64,000 nt of DNA from Chitinophagales bacterium (GTDB taxonomy: Bacteria; Bacteroidota; Bacteroidia; Chitinophagales; LD1), in NCBI GenBank assembly GCA_044226285.1, contig JBGAHI010000006.1:192996-256995 (forward strand), read 5' to 3'. The notes beneath the pieces were generated by a model. That model saw only the letters and a program-made list of their open reading frames with translations. It made no database searches and was not told where the DNA came from. The number at the start of each line of letters is the position of its first letter. The stretch's first letter is position 1. Shown here piece by piece: positions 44,901 to 53,322 of the stretch. Made by a program: the position numbers and the translations under genes.

Positions 44901-46417
44901 TGAGGGTTCTGACAAGTTGGACAAGGCATACCTGTTGTTGGCGACCACTGATACGTTACACCAGTTGAACTACTCGCATTAAGTTGAGTGGAATCGGTAG
45001 GTGAACAAATCGTAATAACCGGAGGATATGCACTAATTGTTGGCATTGGATTTCTCGTTACCAACACATCGTCTGTACGCTGACAACCACTTGGATAGTT
45101 TGCGGTTACAGTATACAATGTAGTAACAGAAGGGTTTACGGGCCACGTAGCTCCACTATGTGTATTTGTACCATCAGACCAAGTATAAGTTGCTCCTGAA
45201 CCTGCTGTAGCAGTAAGTGTGGTAGTTTGACCCGGACAAAGCTTAACGTCTGGTCCTGCGTTTACTACAGGATCAGAAGAAGGATTGACAATTACAGTAT
45301 ACGGATAAGTATTGGTGCCATAAATCTGGCAATGGTTATCTTTTACTTGAACAGTGAAAGTATAAGTTCCTACATCACTCTGGGTTGGTGCCCAACAAAA
45401 AGTACCCACCGGACGACTTCCACTGGTTGTTGTAAAAGTTGCACCGGGAATAGCATTATTGGAAATCATGGTTACCACATCGGCAGCATCACCATCGGCT
45501 GAATTGATAGTGAAACAAGAATTCGAACAAGCCGTCATAGTAAAAGTATTGCTGGCTGTACCGTTCACTCCACTTGCTGTAGGTAAATTGTTTGAACAGT
45601 TTACTACTATAAATTGCATATCGCGAACTACTGTTCCAATCTTAACTCCATTTCTATATTCGTCTACTTGCACCTTAACCACCGAAACTTGTGTACTGCT
45701 AGGTGTAAAACTTAATTGACCGTTTGAGGAGTTTAAATTGAAAGCACCGGTGGTAGCCAACGGACTTGTGGCACTATATCCCCCTTTGTAACTTACATAC
45801 GTCCCTACACCGTTTTCACAAGGCACAAGCGTAAAAACGAGAGAATCGCCATCGGAGTCGGTGGCACCGTGATTATAATTTGACAATTGATTGGCACAAT
45901 AAAAAGGAACCGGATCATTGAGGAATTGCGGGGAATTATCACATGACGCAAGGGTATTATTCAGTGTTGCTTCTACTAAAATATTTTCGTTGGAAGGATT
46001 GGTGAGTGAAGTAATAGCAGCATTTCTACAACATTCAGTTACCGTCATTACCCAATCGCTACCACAACCTGCAGGTAGATTTAAAATACCCTGGTATGTA
46101 TATTTCTGAACCCCATATTGGTTTGACCCATTACATTGCGATTGTATACTTGGACAAAGTGGAGTGATATCGATAGGTTGTCCAAGTTGCGTTAAGTTGA
46201 TGGAACTGGATACCCCACATTGCGCGGACGAATAGTTAAGGGTATAGGAACCGCTTGGTGAGATACCGTTACAATCTCGATACAACTTAAGTGTGACTAG
46301 GTACCTATTAGGACCTAAACATTCATAAGTCAAATCCATTCCCATCACGTGACTGGCTTTGGACGAAATGGGAATCAAAAACATCAATAGCAGTGAAAAG
46401 TAAATTGCTTTTTTCAT
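38636..46417 (-). CDS. Giant (2593 aa) cell-surface adhesin-like protein, SprB-repeat family, T9SS type B (gliding CHU_C) C-terminal domain
   Basis: Signal peptide, then an N-terminal HVMGMDLTYECLG..YRDCNG domain. Ig-like modules (NAGPDVKLCPGQTTTLTA), a beta-helix-like segment and a 300-aa Gly-rich insert follow. Then come about 15 repeats of C-x-G-x3-G-x-I..GG..PY.Y.W...G.Y.VTVTD..GC and a C-terminal VPNAFTPNGDGINDYFEI domain. Confidence 0.9.
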   Translation of the reverse strand: MKKAIYFSLLLMFLIPISSKASHVMGMDLTYECLGPNRYLVTLKLYRDCNGISPSGSYTLNYSSAQCGVSSSINLTQLGQPIDITPLCPSIQSQCNGSNQYGVQKYTYQGILNLPAGCGSDWVMTVTECCRNAAITSLTNPSNENILVEATLNNTLASCDNSPQFLNDPVPFYCANQLSNYNHGATDSDGDSLVFTLVPCENGVGTYVSYKGGYSATSPLATTGAFNLNSSNGQLSFTPSSTQVSVVKVQVDEYRNGVKIGTVVRDMQFIVVNCSNNLPTASGVNGTASNTFTMTACSNSCFTINSADGDAADVVTMISNNAIPGATFTTTSGSRPVGTFCWAPTQSDVGTYTFTVQVKDNHCQIYGTNTYPYTVIVNPSSDPVVNAGPDVKLCPGQTTTLTATAGSGATYTWSDGTNTHSGATWPVNPSVTTLYTVTANYPSGCQRTDDVLVTRNPMPTISAYPPVITICSPTDSTQLNASSSTGVTYQWSPTTGMPCPTCQNPQVAPGATTTYSVTAYDANNCPSNPATVQVILNNPPPSQSCTVIYGTVSGTGNGTKANPASLAGALALAQCNNAHVKLGIGNYTIDYPITNIGSNTTIEGGFDPASNWQKSSLAGATTITRSTLNMEGSGTNKRLVAVYLNNASYVRFQDLTFQNANCPAISGGDVYGYSNYVFHITNSSNYNFVRCQILGGNASAGQSGVPGNAGIAGAAGLNGGGGSCDGGTCTFSSGNPGGAGGNGGSGGGGAAGGGGGAAVTGTANNGSPGAAATGLNGGAGGGGASGMDECNSSVASGASGGSSAQGAGGNGGGGGSSGDPGGAGANGAAGLAGANGANGTPGSAGAIVAGYYNAGGLGTNGTNGVGASGGGGGGGGGRQTCTFCDNGPGNGGGGGGGGGSAGTFGTGGYGGGSSFAVFLNNNGANSNFIDCNIVSGLFGNGGAGGAGGIGGAGGAGGIGASVCTSEVGRGGNGGAGGKGGNGGNGGSGADGISGIVYLNSGTAPVTSITNFNLAAQPVIKCDNISCTFTNDNLTATASGAWNAGSGASVPTSTGITHTTQYTTIGRKDIQYAANTYTGFVYIAIDQGSFAPNIQTTATQIGTTDTFYLCQFAKANFNAVIASADTFDWNFGGSTIPNTYFGSTFQNLTNLSFNTTGTFKIKVRIKTDCCGWSPYDSIYLIVEPTPVLSYTGNTSYCPGDSAHIILSGASTYMWSPIAYLSNPTGADVIAKPPVTSGYLVTGYSPKGYCKKDTAITITVTTPPALTFTKVDATCGPNGSITVNPTPSGTYTYAWNPSGSTQTITGLQSGTYNVTVTDQTSKCTATSATSLSSGGGVQAYIVKSVNPFCFGQLTGIIKVKAIGGTAPYAYHWNTGPTIDSLKNLGPGTYTVTVTDATGCSTTTSGTISQPDLLQIQFLDTVNMKCFNTCDGSARVDAKGGSGGYQFVWSTTPVQDSTVGINLCSGNYSVTVVDGNGCTATGTVPITAPLPIVIDTVKTVPPSCFGSNDGQIILKVNGGVYPYTYNWPALPSELDSIAQGLYANTYNAIITDLNGCKDTATYTILQAPRVSLTLASIDTVSCFGGTDGKITVTGGGGAAPYTYSINGGAGQSSPVFSSLTAQTYTIGLVDAHGCDTTISVTVPQPSAITIALVTKRDVSCNGGNNGMIKVVGSGANGTYQYSKDGVTFQSADSFSNLSAGTYTITVKDRKSCTTTLTVTLTEPSLLDLLFVSSTPPKCFKGNDGQIVVNATGGTLAYNYALDYGVNQAGGTFNVVSSGAHTAIVTDGNGCVDSLSINVSQPNAVRGDTLRTNAVSCFGGNDGGIVLAVNGGIYPYSYSWLQIPTELDSIATNLTAGTYTVIVSDQNACTDTVITQVLQPTKLAPSIVMLDSVSCFGGNDGGITLTATGGTAPYTYSIDATNTFVTNNVFASLTAGNHTVTVRDAHNCDSIVSFFIYEPTQLSVSIVNFRNVRCFNNCDGMIRVTGNGGTLPYQFSIDGVNYQNMDSFNALCNNSYTITIKDQKGCTSTVSQTITQPTALNIDTTSVVAPTCNLGANGSVTVVASGGTPGYAYTYDYKLPVQFNGSFSPVSSGLHTFIAADLNGCIDSIRVNVPSPPATSTLDTNKIDVTCFGGNNGSIDLTVIGTVTPYTYQWSSAETTEDIANKVAGKYIVTVTDGNGCRVWGLDTIEITQPTQVQLSNVITNVTCNGGANGCIDLTVTGGTTPYSYVWSNALPTTQDQCGLSAGTYAVTVYDTWQCSATLTSIVVGEPTAILVNSVSTPVTCPGRTDGSINLTVSGATPNYTYAWSNSSTAEDISGLAFGSYTVTITDANSCTATASVNVGQIPELFINPITRDVLCEPLKNGSVYTFPSGGTPPYNYVWQNGTTGSYIGGLGAGNYAVTVTDQNGCEKDSSFIIIVGNTFDISASPKDTLVELGETIPIHLDAVGGNMADIVWSPPYYLTCGDCQDPVSNTVNNIVYEVAVVSDSGCTAYDTVRIRVNPTYQLYVPNAFTPNGDGINDYFEIFGNKKVWLEMEMIVFNRWGEKVFESKDMNFQWDGKFRGVLQNPQVYVYELYLTYINGYKMPLQKGSLTLIR
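39133..42601 (-). repeat. About 15 tandem SprB-type repeats (~77 aa / ~231 bp each) within the adhesin CDS
   Basis: Recurrent CFGGNDG.I....GG..PY.Y.....L.AGTY.VTV.D..GC... The first Cys codon is at 42601 and the 15th repeat's Cys codon is at 39352. Confidence 0.85.
43436..44335 (-). repeat. Glycine-rich low-complexity insert (residues ~695-994) of the adhesin
   Basis: About 130 Gly in 300 aa by hand count. Contains runs of G-X-Y/GGX triplets, two Gly9 tracts and seven Cys. The antisense strand gives Pro-rich shadow ORFs. Confidence 0.9.
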
Positions 46418-46443
46418 GGTTAGTTTTATGTTATTTAGTCATT

Positions 46444-48000
46444 CTAGTATCTTCTTGTACGTCTAGTAGTTCCTCCAAATCCAAGAACACCAAGCAAACC
46501 TCTTGTTACTTCTCGAATAATAATTTTCCCGGCAGAACTGTTGGCAACATCACTTATGAATCCACCAGCCTTTTCTATGACTGATTTATCATTAGTTGGG
46601 TTGCCTGTTACTTCCTGACTTTCATCATTATTTTCAGTTTGTTCTTGTGGTGTTAATTTTTGTGTGAGCATTTCATAGGCGCTTTCGCGATCAATTTCTT
46701 CGTTATATTTCGCTACTAACTTCGAGTTTTCTACAATTTCATTAATTTCTGAAGGGGTTAAAACATCCATTCTAGATGCAGGTGGGCACATCAAAGTAGC
46801 GGCTAAAGGAGAAGGAATACCTTTCTCGTTCAACACTGAAATGAAGGCTTCTCCAATACCAAGACTAGTCAATGAATTCTCCGTATCATAAAATTCTGTT
46901 TCAGGATAATTCTCGGCAGCTAATTTAATGGCCTTACGATCTTTGGCAGTAAATGCACGAAGAGCGTGTTGCACTTTCATTCCTAATTGTGCCAAAACTG
47001 AATCTGGAATATCGGCCGGGTTTTGCGTGCAAAAGAAAACACCAACACCTTTAGAACGAATCAGTTTAATGATAGTTTCAATTTGATTCAGCAGAGCTTT
47101 AGAGGCTTCATCGAAAATTAAATGCGCTTCATCAATAAAAATAACCAGTTTAGGCGCATCTGTATCTCCTTCTTCCGGAAATGTGGCATAGATTTCAGCC
47201 AACAAACAAAGCATAAATGTCGAGAATAGTTTCGGACGATCTTGAATGTCGGTTAATCGTAAAATAGAAATTAATCCTTCGCCTTTATCATTCATTCGAA
47301 CTAAATCATCTACTTCAAATGATTTTTCGCCAAAGAATGTATCTGCGCCTTGCTGCTCGAGTTCAATAATTTTTCGAAGAATTGTAGAAGCTGTTGTTGA
47401 TGCAACTTTACCGTACTCTTTTTCGAACTCATCCTCTCCTTCTGCAATTGAATAATTCAACACTTTTTTGAAGTCTTTTAAATCCAAAAGTGGCATTTGA
47501 TTATCGTCACAATACTTGAAAATAATGGCTACAACACCTTCCTGAACATCGTTCAATTCAAGTATTTTTGAAAACAAAACTGGACCAAACTCCGATACAG
47601 TTGCCCGTAACTTCGCACCTTTTTCTTTCGATAAGGTAAGAAATTCAACCGGATTTCCGTGAACGGCAAAATCAACACCTATTTTTGCCACACGGTCATT
47701 TATTTTGTCATTCAATGTACCCGTCTGCGCAATTCCACTTAAATCACCTTTAATGTCCATCAATAAAACAGAAACCCCTTTCGCTGAAAGGTTTTCTGAA
47801 ATCATTTGTAATGTTTTAGTTTTTCCTGTTCCGGTGGCACCTGCAATTAACCCGTGACGGTTAAACGTTTTAAGTGGAGCTTTCACTTGAAGCCCTTCTA
47901 TCGCTTCACCATCTAACATAGCAGCTCCCATTACAATGGAATCTCCACTGAAGGTATATCCTTGCTCAATTATCTCTTTAAATTTTTCTTTGTTTGCCAT
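46444..48000 (-). CDS. DUF853/HerA-like P-loop ATPase (YjgR family)
   Basis: Walker A GATGTGKT, Walker B LVIFIDEAH and FFCTQNPADIP motifs. The ATG at 48000 is preferred. Confidence 0.8.
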   Translation of the reverse strand: MANKEKFKEIIEQGYTFSGDSIVMGAAMLDGEAIEGLQVKAPLKTFNRHGLIAGATGTGKTKTLQMISENLSAKGVSVLLMDIKGDLSGIAQTGTLNDKINDRVAKIGVDFAVHGNPVEFLTLSKEKGAKLRATVSEFGPVLFSKILELNDVQEGVVAIIFKYCDDNQMPLLDLKDFKKVLNYSIAEGEDEFEKEYGKVASTTASTILRKIIELEQQGADTFFGEKSFEVDDLVRMNDKGEGLISILRLTDIQDRPKLFSTFMLCLLAEIYATFPEEGDTDAPKLVIFIDEAHLIFDEASKALLNQIETIIKLIRSKGVGVFFCTQNPADIPDSVLAQLGMKVQHALRAFTAKDRKAIKLAAENYPETEFYDTENSLTSLGIGEAFISVLNEKGIPSPLAATLMCPPASRMDVLTPSEINEIVENSKLVAKYNEEIDRESAYEMLTQKLTPQEQTENNDESQEVTGNPTNDKSVIEKAGGFISDVANSSAGKIIIREVTRGLLGVLGFGGTTRRTRRY

Positions 48001-48218
48001 ATCCTGTTTAAATCTTATTTTGACCTTGAAAAATAACACAAAACATGCATAGATTGAAGTTTAAGACCCATTTATTCTGAACAATTTCATAACATCGTTG
48101 TGGAGAATTCCACTTTCGTATAAACACTATTTAGAACCATAATAAATAATATTTTATTCGGATTCGTTTTACGCTTAACAACAATACATTAGACATAATA
48201 TTTTCAAAACAAGAAACT

Positions 48219-49259
48219 ATGAAAAAAGTATATCTCATTTACATTCTATTCGCTACAATGTTTTTTTCATGTAATGAAAGACCAGATTCTCCAAAGCATT
48301 CAAAAAATACACTCTCCTCATATTTCGACTTACAAGAAGAGGGCATTAAATCAGGAGGAGTGAAAATGATTCCTATTAAAACTTCAGTTGGAACATTTAA
48401 GGTTTGGACCAAACGATTTGGAAACAATCCAAGAATAAAAATTTTAATTCTGCATGGCGGACCTGCATTAACCCATGAATATTTAGAATCGTTTGAAAGT
48501 TATTTCCCGGGAGAAGGTTTTGAGTTTTATGAATACGATCAGTTGGGCAGTTATTATAGCGACCAACCCAAAGATAGTGTATTATGGACTTTAGACCGAT
48601 TCACCGATGAAGTAGAGCAAGTTCGAAAAGCATTAGGACTAACAAAAGATAATTTCTTTTTGCTAGGTCAATCGTGGGGAGGAATTTTAGCCATGGAATA
48701 TGCCTTAAAATATCAACAAAACGTAAAAGGACTTATCATTTCTAACATGATGGCTAGTTACCCTAAATATGGAGCTTACAATGAAAAGCTAAGACAAGAG
48801 TTACGTAAATCACTTGTTGACTCTTTAGTTGCTTTTGAACAAAAGGGAGATTTTCATAATCCGGTTTATCAGCAACTTGTTACTACTGAATTCTATTGTA
48901 AACACATCTGCAGAATGCCTGAAGCCCAATGGCCGGAGCCTATTCAGCGAAGTTTCAAACACATCAACCAACCGGTTTACGAGCTTATTCAAGGTCCAAG
49001 TGAGTTTGTACCCGGAGGTCTACTGAAAAATTGGGATAGAGAACATGATCTCAAAAAAATCACTGTTCCTACATTGATGATTGGGGCACATTACGACTCC
49101 ATGGATCCGGAATACATGAAGTTAATGAGCACCTTAGTACCGAATGGAGAATACTTGTATTGCCCAGATGGTAGCCATTTGTGCATGTGGGACGATCAAC
49201 AACACTATTTTCCTGGAGTGATTAACTTCATTAATAAAGTTGATCAGTCAAAAAAATAA
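48219..49259 (+). CDS. Proline iminopeptidase-family alpha/beta hydrolase, lipoprotein
   Basis: Lipobox MFFSC, HGGPALTHEY and nucleophile elbow GQSWGG motifs. Confidence 0.75.
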   Translation: MKKVYLIYILFATMFFSCNERPDSPKHSKNTLSSYFDLQEEGIKSGGVKMIPIKTSVGTFKVWTKRFGNNPRIKILILHGGPALTHEYLESFESYFPGEGFEFYEYDQLGSYYSDQPKDSVLWTLDRFTDEVEQVRKALGLTKDNFFLLGQSWGGILAMEYALKYQQNVKGLIISNMMASYPKYGAYNEKLRQELRKSLVDSLVAFEQKGDFHNPVYQQLVTTEFYCKHICRMPEAQWPEPIQRSFKHINQPVYELIQGPSEFVPGGLLKNWDREHDLKKITVPTLMIGAHYDSMDPEYMKLMSTLVPNGEYLYCPDGSHLCMWDDQQHYFPGVINFINKVDQSKK

Positions 49260-49262
49260 TGA

Positions 49263-50360
49263 TTAAACGTTAAATCGGAAATGCATTACATCGCCATCTT
49301 GTACGATGTATTCTTTTCCTTCCAAACGCAATCTTCCGGCCTCACGACATGCAGCTTCCGTTTTGTATTTGATATAATCTTCGTAACCAATAACCTCAGC
49401 ACGAATGAATCCGCGCTCAAAATCAGAGTGAATAACACCGGCAGCTTGAGGCGCTTTCATGCCCTTAGTGATAGTCCAAGCTCTAACCTCTTGCACTCCT
49501 GCGGTGAAATAGGTATACAAATCTAACAAGCTGTATGCCGCTCTTGTGAGTTTATTTAAACCCGATTCTGTCAATCCCATATCCGCTAAAAAAACGGCTC
49601 TATCTTCTTCACTTTCTAATTGTGCAATATCAGCTTCAATAGCTGCAGAGATAATAATCACTTGAGCGTTTTCTGAAGCTACAGCCGCTTTCAATTGTTC
49701 CACATAAGCATTTCCGGTAGTTACAGATTTTTCATCAACATTACAAGCATAGATTACGGGCTTCATAGTCAATAACTGAATATCTTCCACAAAACGCTTA
49801 TCGTCATCGCTTACAGGAGCCGTTCGAGCCGACATACCTGTTTCTAAGTGCTTTTTATACACTTCCAATACATCTATCGATTTCAGAATTTCTTTATCGT
49901 TAGATTTAATCAACTTCTGGCTTCTTTGCAATTTTTTAATCACTGAATCTAAATCCTTCAGTTGAAGTTCCGTGTCTATGATTTCTTTATCACGAACCGG
50001 ATTCACCGAACCATCCACATGAATTACGTTAGGATCATCGAAACAACGTACTACGTGAACAATGGCATCCACTTCTCTTATATTCCCCAAAAACTGATTG
50101 CCTAATCCCTCTCCTTTACTAGCGCCCTTCACTAATCCAGCAATATCAACAAACTCAATTGTTGTAGGTAAAATCCGTTCAGGGATAACCAATTCTGCCA
50201 ATTTATTCAATCGATCATCCGGAACAGTAACAATACCAACGTTCGGATCGATAGTGCAAAACGGAAAATTAGCCGCTTGTGCCTTCCCCGAACTGATGGC
50301 GTTAAACAAAGTAGATTTCCCAACATTTGGCAATCCAACGATACCACACTGTAAACTCAT
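49263..50360 (-). CDS. ychF: Redox-regulated ATPase YchF
   Basis: GIVGLPNVGKSTLFNA, DIAGLVKGASKGEGLGNQFL and a C-terminal TGS-like domain, 365 aa. Confidence 0.95.
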   Translation of the reverse strand: MSLQCGIVGLPNVGKSTLFNAISSGKAQAANFPFCTIDPNVGIVTVPDDRLNKLAELVIPERILPTTIEFVDIAGLVKGASKGEGLGNQFLGNIREVDAIVHVVRCFDDPNVIHVDGSVNPVRDKEIIDTELQLKDLDSVIKKLQRSQKLIKSNDKEILKSIDVLEVYKKHLETGMSARTAPVSDDDKRFVEDIQLLTMKPVIYACNVDEKSVTTGNAYVEQLKAAVASENAQVIIISAAIEADIAQLESEEDRAVFLADMGLTESGLNKLTRAAYSLLDLYTYFTAGVQEVRAWTITKGMKAPQAAGVIHSDFERGFIRAEVIGYEDYIKYKTEAACREAGRLRLEGKEYIVQDGDVMHFRFNV

Positions 50361-50456
50361 AGTAAAATTTTAGCGGTGCAAAAGAAACTAATTCAGCCAT
50401 TAAAACAAAGAAGCCGCAACTTTCGTTACAGCTTCCTTGAATTGTTTGGGGTCAAC

Positions 50457-51155
50457 TTAGAATCGTAAAGGAACTTGGAAATAGATTTCAGGTTTCTTTG
50501 AAATATTCTTTTCAATGATGATTACCTTCTTAGCATCAGGCAGAACTTTCTCGTTTTTGTTTTTTTCAATCACTGTAATTTCGTCATTCTCAGGAACGCG
50601 GCTGTTTAATAACTTCAAAGAATAAACAGGGATATTTGTATTTTGAATATCTACAACATCGTTCGTTTTTGTAGTGACAACTTTTTCCTCTTGGGCTAAA
50701 ATTGGCATAGCCAACTCTTCTTGCTTAACCAATGGTAAAGCCTCTTCATGTTTTGGAAGTTCGATTTTATGCGCTTGCTTTTTAACCGGAACAACTTTAG
50801 CCGGACTTGTAACTGCCAACTGTGTCGTTTCAACTTCTGCTTTAACTTCATTTTTCACCGGTGAGGAAGGAGTTACAATTGTTTCTACCTTGGAAGCCAC
50901 AACTTCTTGTTTATCAGTACTTTGCAGATACAAAACAGAACCAACACCAAAAGCAATGGCAACTACTGCTGCTATCTTTAATGCAGATTTGTAAAACGGC
51001 ATTTTAGTTTCTGCAATAACCGGAGAATTCCCTACCACTTGCTCTTCATGATTTAGTTGCTCAGATATCTGATGCCAAAACCCTGCCGGAGGAGTAATCT
51101 CGTGTTCTGCGAGTTGATCCTTGAAAAAGTTGTCGAATTTTTCCATGTCTTTCAT
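50457..51155 (-). CDS. Putative anti-sigma factor-like membrane protein
   Basis: Starts one nt after the ECF sigma stop. Short cytoplasmic N-terminus, one TM helix (ALKIAAVVAIAFGVGSVLYL) and a low-complexity C-terminus. Confidence 0.5.
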   Translation of the reverse strand: MKDMEKFDNFFKDQLAEHEITPPAGFWHQISEQLNHEEQVVGNSPVIAETKMPFYKSALKIAAVVAIAFGVGSVLYLQSTDKQEVVASKVETIVTPSSPVKNEVKAEVETTQLAVTSPAKVVPVKKQAHKIELPKHEEALPLVKQEELAMPILAQEEKVVTTKTNDVVDIQNTNIPVYSLKLLNSRVPENDEITVIEKNKNEKVLPDAKKVIIIEKNISKKPEIYFQVPLRF

Positions 51156-51156
51156 T

Positions 51157-51741
51157 TTATTCTGCAATTTGAGTTTGTACAATCGGAGCTTTGATGCCCA
51201 TTAATGTTTCTACCTTTTTTTGTAATAAATAGCGTGCTCTGGCTAGTTGCGATTTTGAAGTACCTTCAGTTACGTTTAATAACTCGGCAATCTCTTTGTG
51301 CGAATAGCCTTCTATCACATATAAGTTGAAAATGGTTCTGTAGCCGGTAGATAAACTCTGAATCATTTCCATCAAATCTTCTTTCATTAATTTTTGGAGT
51401 GCATTTTCATCGTGATATTCTACTTTTACCGTTTCAGTATCTTGCACTACATACATATTTGCTTTCTTTCTCACGAACTCTAAACATGTATTTACAAATA
51501 TTCTTCTAATCCAACCTTCAAAAGAACCTTCTCCTCTAAACTTTTCGATGTTCTTAAATATTTTCACAAAACCCTCTTGTAATAAATCTTGTGCAGAATT
51601 CGACTCGGCAGCGTAGCGCATACACACCGTGAACATTTTTGATGCAAATCGCTGATAAAGGAGCTCCTGATACTTTCGATCTCCGGCTCTACATCCTGCA
51701 ATAATTTGCTCGTCTGAATATGTAGTTTGTTTTGCTTGCAT
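51157..51741 (-). CDS. ECF-type RNA polymerase sigma-70 factor
   Basis: Region 2 (DLLQEGFVKIFKNIEKF) and region 4 HTH (GYSHKEIAELLNVTEGTSKSQLARAR). Confidence 0.9.
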   Translation of the reverse strand: MQAKQTTYSDEQIIAGCRAGDRKYQELLYQRFASKMFTVCMRYAAESNSAQDLLQEGFVKIFKNIEKFRGEGSFEGWIRRIFVNTCLEFVRKKANMYVVQDTETVKVEYHDENALQKLMKEDLMEMIQSLSTGYRTIFNLYVIEGYSHKEIAELLNVTEGTSKSQLARARYLLQKKVETLMGIKAPIVQTQIAE

Positions 51742-51780
51742 AACGCTCCAATTTATTTACTCAGTAACGTAGATCTTGTT

Positions 51781-52359
51781 TCATTTATTGTCTTTTAAAT
51801 ATTCCAAGAATTGATTAAAAGCTTTCTTTCTGTGACTAAATTTGTTCTTCTCTGCCAAAGTCATTTCTGCAAATGTTCGCACTTCACCATCAGGAATAAA
51901 AATCGGGTCGTACCCAAATCCATCATTCCCTTTTACTTCAGTGGCTATGCTTCCATTACAAATGCCTTCAAACTGTTTGAACTCGTTTCCGTCAAAGAAC
52001 GAAATGACCGTTTTAAACCTAGCTTTACGTTCGGTTATTGCGTTCATTTCTTTTAAGACGAGCGAAATATTGTCTTGGTTGCATGCCTGTTCACCTGCAT
52101 AACGCGCTGTGCGAACACCGGGTCTTCCATTTAGCGCAACTACCTCTAAACCAGTATCTTCTGAAAAACAAATCCGATTATAATTTTCTGCAATAAACTG
52201 TGCTTTTAACAAAGAATTGCCTTCTATGGTATCTGCTGTTTCCGGAATATCGCCACTAAAACCAATGTCGTTTAGTCCCAATAAGCTAAACCCTTCCGGT
52301 AAAAACGATTGAATTTCCTTGACCTTATTGACATTAGACGTTGCAAAAAGTAGTTGCAT
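51781..52359 (-). CDS. rdgB: Non-canonical purine NTP pyrophosphatase (RdgB/Ham1)
   Basis: FATSNVNKVKE, EDTGLEV..LNGRPGVRTARYAG, GFGYDPIF and SHRKKA motifs. Confidence 0.9.
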   Translation of the reverse strand: MQLLFATSNVNKVKEIQSFLPEGFSLLGLNDIGFSGDIPETADTIEGNSLLKAQFIAENYNRICFSEDTGLEVVALNGRPGVRTARYAGEQACNQDNISLVLKEMNAITERKARFKTVISFFDGNEFKQFEGICNGSIATEVKGNDGFGYDPIFIPDGEVRTFAEMTLAEKNKFSHRKKAFNQFLEYLKDNK

Positions 52360-52392
52360 GCTGAAACTTGTTGAATTGAAAACTATAAAAAA

Positions 52393-53322
52393 TTATTCAG
52401 ATAAGATTTTATTCCCTCGTAAAAACTCTTCCACGCCCATGCGCTTCTTGCCTTCCAACTGCAATTCAAGGCAATCGACAGCTCCTTCTTTGCAATAAAA
52501 TCGCAAATAGGTTTTGCCATCAGTCTCAACAGTTCCGGGCAATTTTGAAGCAGTGGTATTCGCTTTTTGTGATGAAAATATTTTTAATCCTTTTCCGTTC
52601 AATGTGGTGAATGCAGCCGGATATGGACTAAGCCCACGAATCAAATTATACACCGTTTCAGCCGATTGGTTCCAATCAATCAAACAATGCTCTTTGAAGA
52701 TTTTTGGGGCATGCTTAATTTCTGTGATATGCGCCTGAGGTTCTTGTGGAAAATTTCCATCTGCCATGGCATTTACAGTTTTCAATAACACCGGAGCACC
52801 AATATCCATAAGCTTTTTGTAGACTATGCCTACATTGTCTTTTTCGTCTATCGTTATCTTTTCTCGGAAAATAATATTGCCGGTATCGATCTCATGTTGT
52901 AAACGAAATGTAGACACCCCTGTTTCTTTTTCACCATTTATAACGGCCCAATTGATAGGCGCTGCTCCTCTGTAGTTTGGTAATAATGAAGCATGCAGGT
53001 TAATGGTTCCTAAAGGTGGCATATTCCAAACCACAACAGGCAACATACGAAAGGCCACAACCACAAATAAATCTGCTTGTAAAGCACGTAATTCCTCTAA
53101 GAAAACTTCGTTCTTTAACTTCTCTGGTTGAAGGATGTGTAATCCTTTTTCAACAGCATATTTTTTTACATCCGATTGTTGAAACTGCATTCCTCTGCCT
53201 GCCGGCTTATCGGGGGCAGTAATTACACCAACTACTTGATGTTGGGAATGAACCAATGTATCCAACATGGGCACGGCAAACTCGGGAGTCCCCATAAACA
53301 CAATGCGTAAAGACTTACTCAT
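52393..53322 (-). CDS. fmt: Methionyl-tRNA formyltransferase
   Basis: IVFMGTPEFAVP, INLHASLLPNYRGAAPINWA and a C-terminal formyltransferase domain. Confidence 0.95.
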   Translation of the reverse strand: MSKSLRIVFMGTPEFAVPMLDTLVHSQHQVVGVITAPDKPAGRGMQFQQSDVKKYAVEKGLHILQPEKLKNEVFLEELRALQADLFVVVAFRMLPVVVWNMPPLGTINLHASLLPNYRGAAPINWAVINGEKETGVSTFRLQHEIDTGNIIFREKITIDEKDNVGIVYKKLMDIGAPVLLKTVNAMADGNFPQEPQAHITEIKHAPKIFKEHCLIDWNQSAETVYNLIRGLSPYPAAFTTLNGKGLKIFSSQKANTTASKLPGTVETDGKTYLRFYCKEGAVDCLELQLEGKKRMGVEEFLRGNKILSE

